64,000 nucleotides of DNA from Camelus dromedarius (Eukaryota). The DNA lies in the NCBI RefSeq assembly GCF_036321535.1, contig NC_087437.1:44022001-44086000 (forward strand), read 5' to 3'. Shown one piece after another: positions 12,365 to 23,644 of this stretch; position 1 is the stretch's first letter, and every line of letters starts with the position of its first letter. The notes below the pieces were generated by a model. The model searched no databases. It had not been told where the DNA came from and saw only the letters and a list, made by a program, of their open reading frames with translations. The position numbers and the translations under genes are program-made.

Positions 12365-13102
12365 TGATTCTGAGGGAGTATGACATATCACATATTAAAC
12401 TAAAATATTAATGACTTGCTCAAATAAAAGAAATAAGATGTAAAGTTTTAATTAAGAGCTATTAATTAAGAATTAACCTTTTTGAAATTCACTTCCCTCC
12501 GAGCTGCAGGGCAAGACTGTATTTCTCGCAGTGTGGTCATAGATGGCTATATATTTCTAAAGATATACTGTGTGCTAACTACAGCTTTGTACTTTTATAT
12601 TTTGAAATAGCCTGATAAGAAAGTGAGTAATTCTGAGGCAACCCATAAAGTCTTTGTAAGCCTTTTGGAATACTTCAGTAAACAAATACTGAAATACTAA
12701 TATGGTGATTCCGTGTTCATATTAAAATGCATTGCACTTTTTTAGGAGAATATTGTTATTTGGGGAATATGCAAAAGAAAGATTGGAAAGTATCTGAGTT
12801 CTAAAACATTAGAAAAAGAGTGAGAAATCATATTAAGTGCACAAACTGCGAACTTCCTACAAATAGGAATTTTTTTATATATTAGATTTATTTATTGCAT
12901 TTATTGTAAACATTCAGCAAATACCTATTGATGATATTTCACTTGTCTTCATGGATCTCATATGCTGACTTTGTTGTGAGTAGTTTCCACATTTTTGTGA
13001 TGTTTTTTGATAGAATGGTAGATTTATTTTCCACTGTTAGATTCATTATATATAAATGGTAGACATATTCTATAAATGATAGCATACATAGTATATCATC
13101 CT

Positions 13103-13274
13103 CAGTGCCTCTTAAAATTTGTCACCCTTGAGGATCACTTGGTGAAATTTGTTAAAAATGCAGATTCTGGGCCCCCCCATTCAGATTCTCATTCTGATGG
13201 GCCCAGAATCTGACTTTTCACAAAACCCAGAGTTGATTCATGGAGCTAGTTCTGACATACATTGAGAAGCACTA
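13103..13274. mobile_element. MER5A/B-like hAT-Charlie MITE
   Basis: gttaaaaatgcagattctgggccc...gggcccagaatctg internal inverted repeat; termini cagtgcctctt...gagaagcact. Confidence 0.8.
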
Positions 13275-14661
13275 CAATATTTGAAGAGAAAAACATTTAT
13301 TAACTTAAAATAGATTATTTTTTTCTTCTTAGGAACACATTGTGTTAGTTTTATGTATTTACACATGTACCTTCTAAGTGCCCTTCCAGTTTCCATTCTT
13401 GTAGGAGGAAGCGTCTTCTCTACTTTTTCTCATTTAACCACCAGTGAAATATGTCTAAGGAGGAAGCCTTGGGCTTGACAAAACTATAACTTAATTCATC
13501 AGACTTTACCCTTTTGAGATTAGTCCCATAAAACAATTAAAAACATGGTTTTCTGCTTGAAGTGTTTAATTCTGTTTTAATTAGAAACTTTCCCCTTTTA
13601 TTTACTGAGTACTCCTTCACCTTTGTTGACATTGAGACAGTTTTCATTGGGGCATCATTCATATGCCTGCATTTGCATACTCGTTTTGGAAAATTCTAAG
13701 GGTAAAGACATAATTAAGTTTCAAGGATCATTTTGTCCCTGAGATTACATTTATAAATTTCTCCTGTGAGATATCTGTGCATCTGAAAGGTTAACAAGTG
13801 GGAGATTTACTGTGTTTCACACTAAATCTAAATGGTATTGCAAAATTGCATTTTTGTTGTTGTTTCATAGCAATCATCCAGTTTTCAAGATAATCATTCT
13901 TTATGGAGATGATTCCTGGGATATGGTATGTTTAGTAGAAAGATATGTCAACATACATGTTATTGGAAACATTTCAGAAATGTTCTGATTGAAACAGTGG
14001 TGATATTGGTCTGTTAGCACAGAGCCTCAGGCATCAGGAGTCAGCGTCATGCCTCAGTGAAGATGCGAGTCTCTAAAGCATCATGGTAGGAATGACTACT
14101 GTTTTCCTTTTTTTTTTTTTTTAACTCTATTTTTGCCTCCCTGCAAAGAGATTTGGGCGAATCTCTGAATAAAAGAGCAGTGTAGAAATTGTATTGCCTT
14201 GTGGATTATTTACTCTCTATCTTCAAACATCTCCCTTTCTGGCCCTCTGCCTTCAGCCTCTTCTCTCTTTAATCAGCTGCAGTCTGGCCTCTCCCTTCAC
14301 TAATACATTGAGACAACTCCCACTAAGTCACCAACAATTTATAATTGTTAAACCCAAAGGAAGCTTTCCAAGTCTCAGTGCCGTGCCAAGTTATCTTGGA
14401 AACTGTGTTAAAGGAAAAAGGCGTGCCCCATATCCACTTATTAAAATATCCTTCATGTTTTGAATCAAATGGAAAAAGTTAATAATAGCTCTCCGTTAAA
14501 AAAAAAAAAGACTATATATAAAGTTCCATCCTGCCCAATCTGTTGGCACACCATTGTCAATCCCATAAACCTACCCAATGGGAAAGCAAAGGCTTTGCAG
14601 GTCCAGGAACTGCAGGCTGTCAGCGAGCACAACAACACGGGGTAATAACACAACCAACCAA

Positions 14662-14834
14662 CCTGTCTTTACTTAGGAGTTTGATATTTTGTTTACCATG
14701 GATTCTTTGGCATTAATCTTCTCTTTTAAAGTATATATTTAAATATTATTTGTCTTTATTACAGAGTATCTTGATGCCCCTTCAATTTTTTTTGCCCAAG
14801 GTGTTTCACTTACCTCATCCCTAATTCCAGCCCT
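14662..14834 (-). mobile_element. hAT-Tip100-type DNA transposon terminal fragment
   Basis: Reverse complement agggctggaattagggatgaggtaagtgaaacaccttgggcaaaa...gaaggggcatcaa resembles recalled Tip100-family ends; subfamily uncertain. Confidence 0.55.
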
Positions 14835-15524
14835 ATGCACAGTAGTTGGCCCCCTTGTACACTCGACTGTTTTTTTATGTCTCCTCAATCTGTTCTCTCT
14901 GAGCATCTGTGACATTGTTGTCTTGTGATCCCTTTCCTTCATCAAGTCAATTTTCCTTCTAATATCTTTCCTGGGCTCTTGTCTTCCAGTCCTTCAGTTT
15001 CTGGTGCTTTCAGTGACTGACTCTCATTGTTCTAAGCAGACCTTTGTTTATGCTCTTGTTGGCAGCATTCACTTGTTTCCTCTGCTATTGTTTTTTTCCA
15101 CATCCTCATTATTTTATAGCTGAACAGCTGCAGTAGACTGCTAACAAGTTCCTCTCTCCATGCTGGCCCACAGTACAAGTAGAATGATTTTTTTCTAAAG
15201 TGAATATATAATTCATGTATTTATTAATCAAATATTTATTTAGTATTTTTTCTGTATTAGGCATTGTTTTAGATTCTAGGGATAAATCATTAAATGAAAG
15301 AAAGTCCATGCTCTCCTGAAACTTACATCTTACTTTTATTTGAATAGTGCTTTGGCCTTATTCTAGGTGTTGTATTTAATTTTTCTCTAAATATATGTTT
15401 GCATGATGGACTTGGGTAGAAAGGTTATATCCTCCTTTCTCATATTTTACTAGAGAAATTTTTGGATATTGTTAGTTTTCAATCAGTTACATATGAAGTG
15501 GTAGAAGCTGGATTCTGCTTTCCT

Positions 15525-15875
15525 TTTTTTTTTTTAATATTTTTATTAAAGTATAATCAGTTTATAGCGTTGTGTCAATTTCTGGTGTACAACACAATTC
15601 AGTCATATAGGAACATACATATATATATATTTGTTTTCATACTCTTTTTAACCATAGTTATTATAAGATATTGAATATAGTTCTCTGTTCTATACAGTAT
15701 AAACTTGTTGTTTATCAGATTTTGTGAGAATCTTCTTGTATTTTGAAATGAGAGTCACTCTGCCAGAGTTCAGTAAGTGTTCTGTGAGATTCAGTGGGTT
15801 TGTAGATGTAATTCTTGGTATATTTGTGGGAGAGAGCGAGCTGTGAGTCTCTCTACTCTGCCATCTTGTCTCCTA
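15525..15875 (-). mobile_element. Bipartite mini-L1: L1 5' end (15717-15875) fused to L1 3' end with poly(A) (15525-15716)
   Basis: Minus strand starts ggagacaagatggcagagtagagagactcacagctcgctctctcccacaaata (L1 5' start) and ends with the camelid-type L1 terminus and A-tail. TSD ggattctgctttcct (15510-15524) / ggattctgcttcct (15876-15889). Confidence 0.8.
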
Positions 15876-16184
15876 GGATTCTGCTTCCTAAAAAGAAGTA
15901 TTTTTCATTGAGAATATGAAAATAATTCTCCACTGACTTTTTAGTACTTAGGATTTCCTTCCAGTTCCAGAAATAGCAGATGATATAATAGTTACCCTTT
16001 TTATTTACTCCTTATTCCCATGTGAATGTTTTCTACCTATTGTTAATTGTACCTTAAGTCTTGGAGTGTATATACTACCATAGTCTTTAAACAAATTGTA
16101 ATCCAGTCTAGTAACATGTTTTATTTGGCTCACACTGTGTGTGTTTTTGCTTTAAATTTATTCGGTAATTTTTTAGAACAATAG

Positions 16185-18060
16185 ACTTTATTTTTAGAGC
16201 AGTTTTAGGTTCACAGCAAAGTTGAACAGAAAGTTCGGAGAGTTCCAATGTATCCTTTCATCACTGGGATGATGCACAGCCTCTCCTACCATCAACATAC
16301 CCCTCAGTGTGGTACATTTGTTACAACTGATGAACCAGCACTGACCTTGGAGATTGTCTTCTTTCACTTGGTAATAGGCATTTAAGTTTCATTCATATAT
16401 TGTTGTGGCTTTGTACTCCATTTTTTGTTCAGTGCTGAATGATCTTCCATTGTCTGCATATACCATTGTTCATTCATCTGTTCATCTATCAAAGGACATC
16501 TTAGTTGCTTCTAAGTTTTGGCAGTTGTGAGGTGTCCGTTCAGATCTTTTGCCCATTTTTAATCGAGCCATTCATTTTATTATTATTGAGTTTTAAGGAT
16601 TCTTTTTTTATTGAAGTACAGTCAGTTACAATGTGTCAATTTCTGGTGTACAGCACAATGCGGATTCTTTGTATACTTTGGGTAACAGTCCTCTTTGTGG
16701 GTGTCTTTTCATTCTCTTGATAGTGACTTTCACAAACTAGAAGGTTTTTGGTTTTAACGAAGTTCAACTTATCCATTCTTTCATAGACCATGCCTTTAAT
16801 GTTGTATCTATAAAGTCATCTCTAAACCCAAGGTCATCTAGATTTTCTTCTGTGTTATAGTCTAGGAATTTCATAGTTTTGCATTTTACATTAGGTCTAA
16901 GATTCTGAGTTAATTTTTGTGAATATTGTAATTTCTGTATCTAGATCTTTCTTTTTTTTCACTTGTGGCTATCTAATTTTCCAAACACCATTTGAAAAAA
17001 GACTACCATTTATCAATTGATTTGTTTCTGCTCCTTTGTCAAAGATTAGCTGATTATATTTGGATCTACTTCTTGCTCTTTATTCTGTTCCAGGGGTTTG
17101 TCTATTCTTTCACCAATATCACACTATGTTGATTACTATAGTTTTATTGTTAAGTCCTGAAGTCAGGTAACATCAACCTTCAGACTTTGTTCTCATTGAA
17201 TGCTGGGATTTTGATTAGGATTGCACTAAAGCTATAGATCAAGTTGGGAAGAACTGACATTTTGACAATGTTAAGTCTCCTATCTATGAACTTGGAATAT
17301 CTCTCTATTTACTTGGTTCTTTAATTTTGTTCATCAGAGTATTGTGGCTGTCCTATTATAGCTCTTGTATATATTTTGTTAGATTTACACATAAGTCTTT
17401 AATTTTGAGGGGGTACTAATGTAAATAGTATAGTGTTTTTAATTTCAAATTTCACTTGTTCATCACTGGTATCTAGGAAAGCAACTGACCTTTTTATATT
17501 CACCTTATATATCAACTCTGCTGTAATTGCTTCTTAGTTCCAAGGAGTCTTTTGTTGACATTTTCAGATTTTCTAAATAGACAATCATATCATCTGTGAA
17601 CAAAGACAGTTTTATTTCTTCCTTCCCAGTCTGTATGTCTGGTACTTTTTTTTCTCTTATTGCATTATTTAGGACATCTAGGTATTGAAAATAAACGGTA
17701 AGAGGGAACATACTTGCCTTGTTCTTGATCGTAGCAGGAAAGTGTCTAGTTCTCATCATTAAGCATGATGTTAGCTCTAGGATTTTTTTTTAGATAGTTT
17801 TTTTCATATTGAAGAGGTACCCCTCTATTTTTAGTTTGCTGAGAGGTTTATCATGAATAGGTGTTGAATTTTGTCAGATACTTTTTCTGCATATATTGAT
17901 ATGATTATGTAATTTTCCTTTCTAGACTATTGATATGATGGATTGTTTTTAATGAAGTTAAACCACCAATTAATAATTGGTGTTTTGAATGTTGAACCAC
18001 CCTGTGTATCTGAAATAAATTCCACTTGGTCATGCTGTATTATTATTTTTATACACAGTG
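16185..18060 (-). mobile_element. Old L1 (L1MC-like) 3' end and degenerate ORF2 fragment
   Basis: 3' end tttttagagcagttttaggttcacagcaaa. ORF 17505-17759 contains the RT motif [20 protein letters not shown]. Confidence 0.9.
16606..16661 (-). mobile_element. 56-bp young L1 3' tip inserted into the older L1
   Basis: ttttattgaagtacagtcagttacaatgtgtcaatttctggtgtacagcacaatgc flanked by TSD ggattcttt (16597-16605 / 16662-16670). Confidence 0.85.
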
Positions 18061-18258
18061 TGTTTTTAAAAATGTATTTGTGAAAACATTTAAAAATTGA
18101 GACATCCCCCACATTTATTTTAGGCATATTTGAAGAAGACCTGACATTCCTGAACTTACTGTACATGGCAACAGTCTGCTGGAGCTGAGTGTCTGTTGCT
18201 GCTCCCCACTTCACCACAATCCCTGTAACTCTTTAATGCTTTATGTCCAGTTGCTCCA

Positions 18259-18480
18259 TCCTAGACTATAACACAGAAGAAAATCTAGATGACCTTGGGT
18301 TTAGAGATGACTTTATAGATACAACATTAAAGGCATGGTCTACGAAAGAATGGATAAGTTGAACTTCGTTAAAACCAAAAACCTTCTAGTTTGTGAAAGT
18401 CACTATCAAGAGAATGAAAAGACACCCACAAAGAGGACTGTTATCCAAAGTATACAGAGAATCCGCATTGTGCTGTACAC
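18259..18480 (+). repeat. 222-bp inverted duplicate of 16646-16867
   Basis: Reverse complement of 16646-16867, with about 3 mismatches seen by eye. Confidence 0.95.
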
Positions 18481-19239
18481 ATTCATTTGCATCGCCTGCC
18501 TTAAATAATCTCAAACATGCTCCTGCCTTGGAGCTACTGCATGTGCTCCCAGTGCTGTTGTTACTTGACCTCTGTGTTGCCTAAACCTTTGCACATTTTT
18601 GAGATTCTACTCCTTTGCACTTTTGACTATTTTCTTCTATTATCCTCACTTCTTTTATATGCCTCATAGATCCTCCTCTTATCACCTTTTGCAAGTTAAG
18701 TTCCTTAATATTCCACTATTGGCTCTTTTCCCTCTACATACTCAGTTTAGGTGATCATCCATTCCAGTGTTTTTTAGGTCCTAGAATCCCTGCCATCCCC
18801 TTTCTCTGACCACTGGCTTCCATTATTATTCATATGCTCACTGAGAGTATGATTTGTCTCAAGGATCCATGGGAAACATCAAGGGAATGATGACTTGTCA
18901 CAGACTTTAAGAGGAATGGTGAGTCACCAACTTGAAATGGAAGTGATAATAGGAAGGAATGGAAAAAAAGGACATACATCATGAAACATATTGACAGTCT
19001 GGAAATGTGTTCAGTTTGTTCTCACTAGTCTAGACATAATTTTAATTGACAGAGAAACGGATGAAACCCCAAAGGCTCCTCTTTATTTAACAGTGAAAGA
19101 CTGTCCTTAAATAAAATGTAATCTTAGAGAACAGCCTGGAAAGGAAAAAGGAAAAAAATCCTTAGATCTCTCATTATTATAGGATGATGATGAGATACCT
19201 GTATCTATCTGTATTTGTATCTATCTATAATAGCAGGTA

Positions 19240-19605
19240 CATCTATACAGTGGAACGTTATTTGGCAATAAAAAGGAATGGAGTCCTGATACATGTTATG
19301 ATGAACCTCAAAACTATTATGCTAAGTAAAGGACACCAGAAAACAAAGACTACATGTTATATGATTGCAATATCAAAAATCCCAAAGCAGCCAAGCCATA
19401 GAGACAAAAAGCTGATCAGTAGTTGCCTGAGGCTGATTGGGAGTGAGGATTGACTACACAAGTGGGCACAAGGAAAATTTGGGAGTAAAGAAATGTTCTA
19501 AAGCCTGATTATGGTGATGGTTACCTTGCTGTATACTTTACTAAAAATCACTGAATTACACACATTCGATGTATTGTATAAATTATATTCCAATAAAGTT
19601 ATTTC
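19240..19605 (+). mobile_element. Old L1M (L1MC/ME-like) 3' end
   Basis: gcaataaaaaggaatgg...atgaacctcaaaactattatgctaagtaaa...aattatattccaataaag. Confidence 0.8.
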
Positions 19606-19739
19606 CATAGCAATAGCTGGCATTTTTCTATGCACTTATAAGGCACAGTGAGGCTAAGTAAGGCGCACCAGTACACACAGCTAATAAATACCGTGACTAG
19701 GATTTGTACCTGGATAGTGTTTCACCAGGGCACTTGAAA

Positions 19740-19900
19740 GCATTTTTCATGAATTATCTGATTTTTAATCCTTAATATAACCTAATGACATGATATAATT
19801 TATATAATTTCTCCATTTACAAATGAGGAAATAAGCCTAAGGGTAAAGTAACTTGCCCAAGATGACAGAGCTCATGGTTTAGCTGAAATTAAAACCCAGA
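19740..19900 (-). mobile_element. MIR SINE
   Basis: ctccatttacaaatgaggaaataagcctaagggtaaagtaacttgcccaagatgacagagc. Confidence 0.75.
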
Positions 19901-20249
19901 GAGACTGACTTATAACTTACATTGGAAATCTTTGAGTTAATTGATCAGGCAGCAATTATCCCTAAATCTACATATATCAATTTATATTTATGGACAGCTG
20001 GCAGGGATGGTGGCACTGTATGAAATCCAGAAAACCAAAGTGGCCTAGTGTTTTACTAACAACTTGTTGGGCTGCCTTGCTGGGATCAAGAACTTGACAT
20101 ACAGCACAAAGCCTAGAGGGCTAAGGCTAAGTAACCATTTACTGACGAGAGGTCTGGGAAGAAAGGGTCAGGTTTCTTTTAACTTGGGGGAGAATAACCA
20201 CTTACTTCCATAATAATCTTATAAAGGAACTGACTGATTTTTTAAAATT

Positions 20250-20650
20250 ATTTTTATATGTATATATTTTTATTGAAGTATAGTCATTTTAAAATGTGTC
20301 AATTTCTGGTGTACAGCATAATGCTTCAGTCATACATGAACATACATATATTCATTTTTATATTCTTTTTCACCATAATTTACTACAAGATACTGAATAT
20401 AGTTTCCAGTGATATACAGTATGAATTTTTTTAATCTGTTTTATATGTATTAGTTAGTATCTGTAAATCTCAAACTCCCAGTTTATTCCTTCCCACCCTC
20501 TTCCCCCGGTAGCCTTAAGTTTATTTTCTATGTCTGTGAATCTTTCTGATTTGTAAGTAAGTTCATTTGTCTTTTTTTTTTTTTTTTTAGGATTTCACAT
20601 ATAAGTGATATATGGTATTTTTCTCTCTTTTTGTAGCTTACTTCACTTAA
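20250..20650 (-). mobile_element. 5'-truncated young camelid-type L1 3' end
   Basis: tttttattgaagtatagtc...gtgtcaatttctggtgtacagcataatgcttcagtcatacatgaacatacatatattc. Confidence 0.9.
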
Positions 20651-20799
20651 TAGTGTATTAGTAAATAGGTTATATACTAAGAATTTTTGGCTTGTCACTT
20701 CAACCTGTCCTCTCTGACACTTTCTAGACTTTTCCTAGAATCTCCTACCCTGTCGGTCACTGTACACCTTGGTAGCAGTTGATGATATATATAATAAGT

Positions 20800-21030
20800 G
20801 ATTACCGTTAGTGAGTCATTACGATCTACCAGGTTCTGTGCTTTATTACTATTAAGTTACTAGTATTTAAAAAAAAATCCAGGAGGCAGCTACTACTATT
20901 ATAATCTCTCCTCATTTTTCAGATGAAAAGAACTGAGATACAGTGAAGCTAACTAACTTGCTCAAGGACACATAGCTACTAAGTAGCAAAGCCAAGTTTT
21001 GAGCCCAGGCAGTCAGGCTTGGGTCTCAGT
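20800..21030 (-). mobile_element. MIR SINE
   Basis: catttttcagatgaaaagaactgag...aacttgctcaaggacacatagctactaagtagcaaagcc...gagcccaggcagtc. Confidence 0.75.
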
Positions 21031-23147
21031 AATTAATGAATACAATAAGCCTACATCTCAAGCGCATAAACCCTATAAGAAACAATCTCCAGAGGGGAGA
21101 TGTTTGCTTATTCATTTAGTATTTGCTGATTACCGACTCTGTGTTATGTGTTGTACTGGGATATGGCTGGTAATTAAATATGGTTTTAACTATGCAAATT
21201 TTATGAATGAATGTACTGTCTTTTAATATACCTTTTCTTTGAATTTTTTGAATGAACTATTCAAGAGTAGTTTTTGTCTCAAATTGTTTTTATCCTGTTT
21301 TCCCCTTGTTTTGGAAAAAAATAAAAACAATATGAATTGATGTGGTATAATAACAACAATAACTTTCAGAGCATTTTTATCTTCTGTTTTTTAATGTGTG
21401 TGAAATCATGGCAGTTAGATACGCAAAAAATCTAACTTAAGAGTAAAAGAAAAAAATTATTCATTTAGTTCATCTTACCACTCATTCTCTATCAATAATT
21501 CCCTGTGGTACTTTGGCGAAACGGGCTCTTATCTAATTTTAAATGACTCAATTGAAGATGCTTCAGCTGCAGGTTGATTCTAGAGGCTAATGGATTGCTA
21601 TGAAAGGTTTCTAACATTTAGCCTAATTTTCCACTCCTTAAATTATTTTCTTTAATGTACTCAGCCTCTGCTGCTTCCTTGTTTCATGCAAGTTGTGACC
21701 CACTGTCTTTCTAGATAAGTATTATGTATCTCCACTGTGAATTATTTCTGAATAAAGTGTAATTTTAATCTTTACATGGGCTGGTAGTTCCTGTATAGAT
21801 GGGTAATTGTACGTTCTTCCTCTTTGAATTTGGGCTGTGTTATACATATGGGTACCAAACCATATATTTGTTAATCTTGATTTAAATTTGTGAATTTTAA
21901 GTCACTGAATCAGAATTTGAACAGATTATCTGGACAGTGGTCAATCATTTAATAAATTCTTAAGTGTGAAATCCAGACCCATATTTCTGAATTTTTTATT
22001 ACACAGCAGATCTGAATGCTTTTCCTATTTTTCATAGATATATGTTGAAATAAAAGCACTCTTAAATGGATATTGAATAAAATGTTTATATAGACTTTGG
22101 GCATATAGAATCTATGTGCCATTTTTCAAAAGAGAAATAATGGTTATACTGTTGTATGGAAACATAATGATTTTTTATGACTAGGAAATAATGTGAACTT
22201 TCTAGAGGCTGTCATTCAATAGTTTATTTTTATTGATCGACATGTGTTTCTTTTAACCTTTATGTAGGGACTCTTCAATAGGTTAAATAATTTTACTGTT
22301 ATTTCTGATATAGCTGCTGACCTTTCAACATTAAATATAATACATTGAGGCAACGGTCTTTCCAGAAAAAAAAATTATCATGTTTATCTCTTATCAATAC
22401 CTTGCCATTATTTTTTATAGATTATAATCCTTTCATATCATAGCCATAACTGCTGGTGTTAATCTGTATTTTAGAGAGAAACAATAAAGAAGGGGATTTA
22501 TTGTAAAGGTAAACAAACATTATTTTATGAAAATTATATATATTACATAATGCAACTATATATTTTTTCCAGAGGGAATGCTAGGTAGTTGCTACCTTCT
22601 ATAAGACTTGACAGTGATTATTGCTTATTTCTACCCACACACTATCATGGAAAATTCTGTCTGGCCACATTTGAGACTAAGAGCTGGGGATATGCATGTT
22701 GGAACAAATCCTTGATTAGCACGGTTTCATACTGAGCTGTAGTCCGCTTCTCCTGTGTCCCTGCTGAGAATCATTGTGCAAAGGTTTGTCCTGACAGGCA
22801 GCCCTATAAAAACTGGAGCTTATCTGCTATATTGCTTTGATATTTCAATCTATTTTTGGATAGATTTGGCACTTGGTATATTGTCTTTCCTTTGGATATA
22901 CAGCTGGTGGCTATATTAGCATTTACTGAAAGTTCTGTAGCAATTCCCACATCAAGGTAATCCTGTTCCTTAGTGTTCTTTCAGAGTAAGCCCAAGGTGT
23001 TATGACTCAGGGCAGATGAAATATAATAGATACCTCTTAATCACTTGAAACTCTGTACACACTAGTAGCAGTTGAAAAAGGATCTGCCATAGCCAGACCA
23101 AGTCGTTACGGCCAGGTGTTAATCAATGCTCCTTTCTTGAACTAATC

Positions 23148-23335
23148 CAGCAGTTCTCAAATTTAAGTGTGCATTAGACTCCCCTGAAGGGCTGGTAAAA
23201 CCAGTGCTTACTGATCCCACCGGCAGAGTTTCTGATCTGTAGTCTGGGATGGAGTCTGAGATGTTGCACTTCTAACAAGTTTCCGGATGATACCAGTACT
23301 GCCAGTTCAGGGACCGCCCTTTAAGAACTGGATTC
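23148..23335. mobile_element. MER5A hAT-Charlie MITE
   Basis: cagcagttctcaaatttaagtgtgcattagactcccctgaagggctggtaaaa...gcacttctaacaagtttccggatgat... Confidence 0.85.
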
Positions 23336-23422
23336 TAGAGTGTTGTCTAACCACAGTTTTTAAGGCTGTAATTGGCCCACATCTCATCTTGGGCCCACAC
23401 TGGACAACCACTGAACTAATAT

Positions 23423-23644
23423 ACTGATTGGCAAACTTATTCTGCAATGAACCAGATAATAGATATTATAGGCTTGTGGGCCAGACAATCTCTGTTGCAA
23501 CTGCACAACTCTGCTATCATAGCAGGAAAGCAGCCATAGACAATATATGGATAAATGGATGTGGCTGTGTTCCAATAAAATTTTATTTACAAAAACAGAG
23601 AGAAGGCTGAATTTGGCCCCTGGCCTATAGTCTGCCGATCCCTG
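23423..23644 (+). mobile_element. MER58A hAT-Charlie MITE
   Basis: ttggcaaact...ctctgttgcaactgcacaactctgc...ggctgtgttccaataaaattttatttacaaaaacag...tagtctgccgatccctg. Confidence 0.9.
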
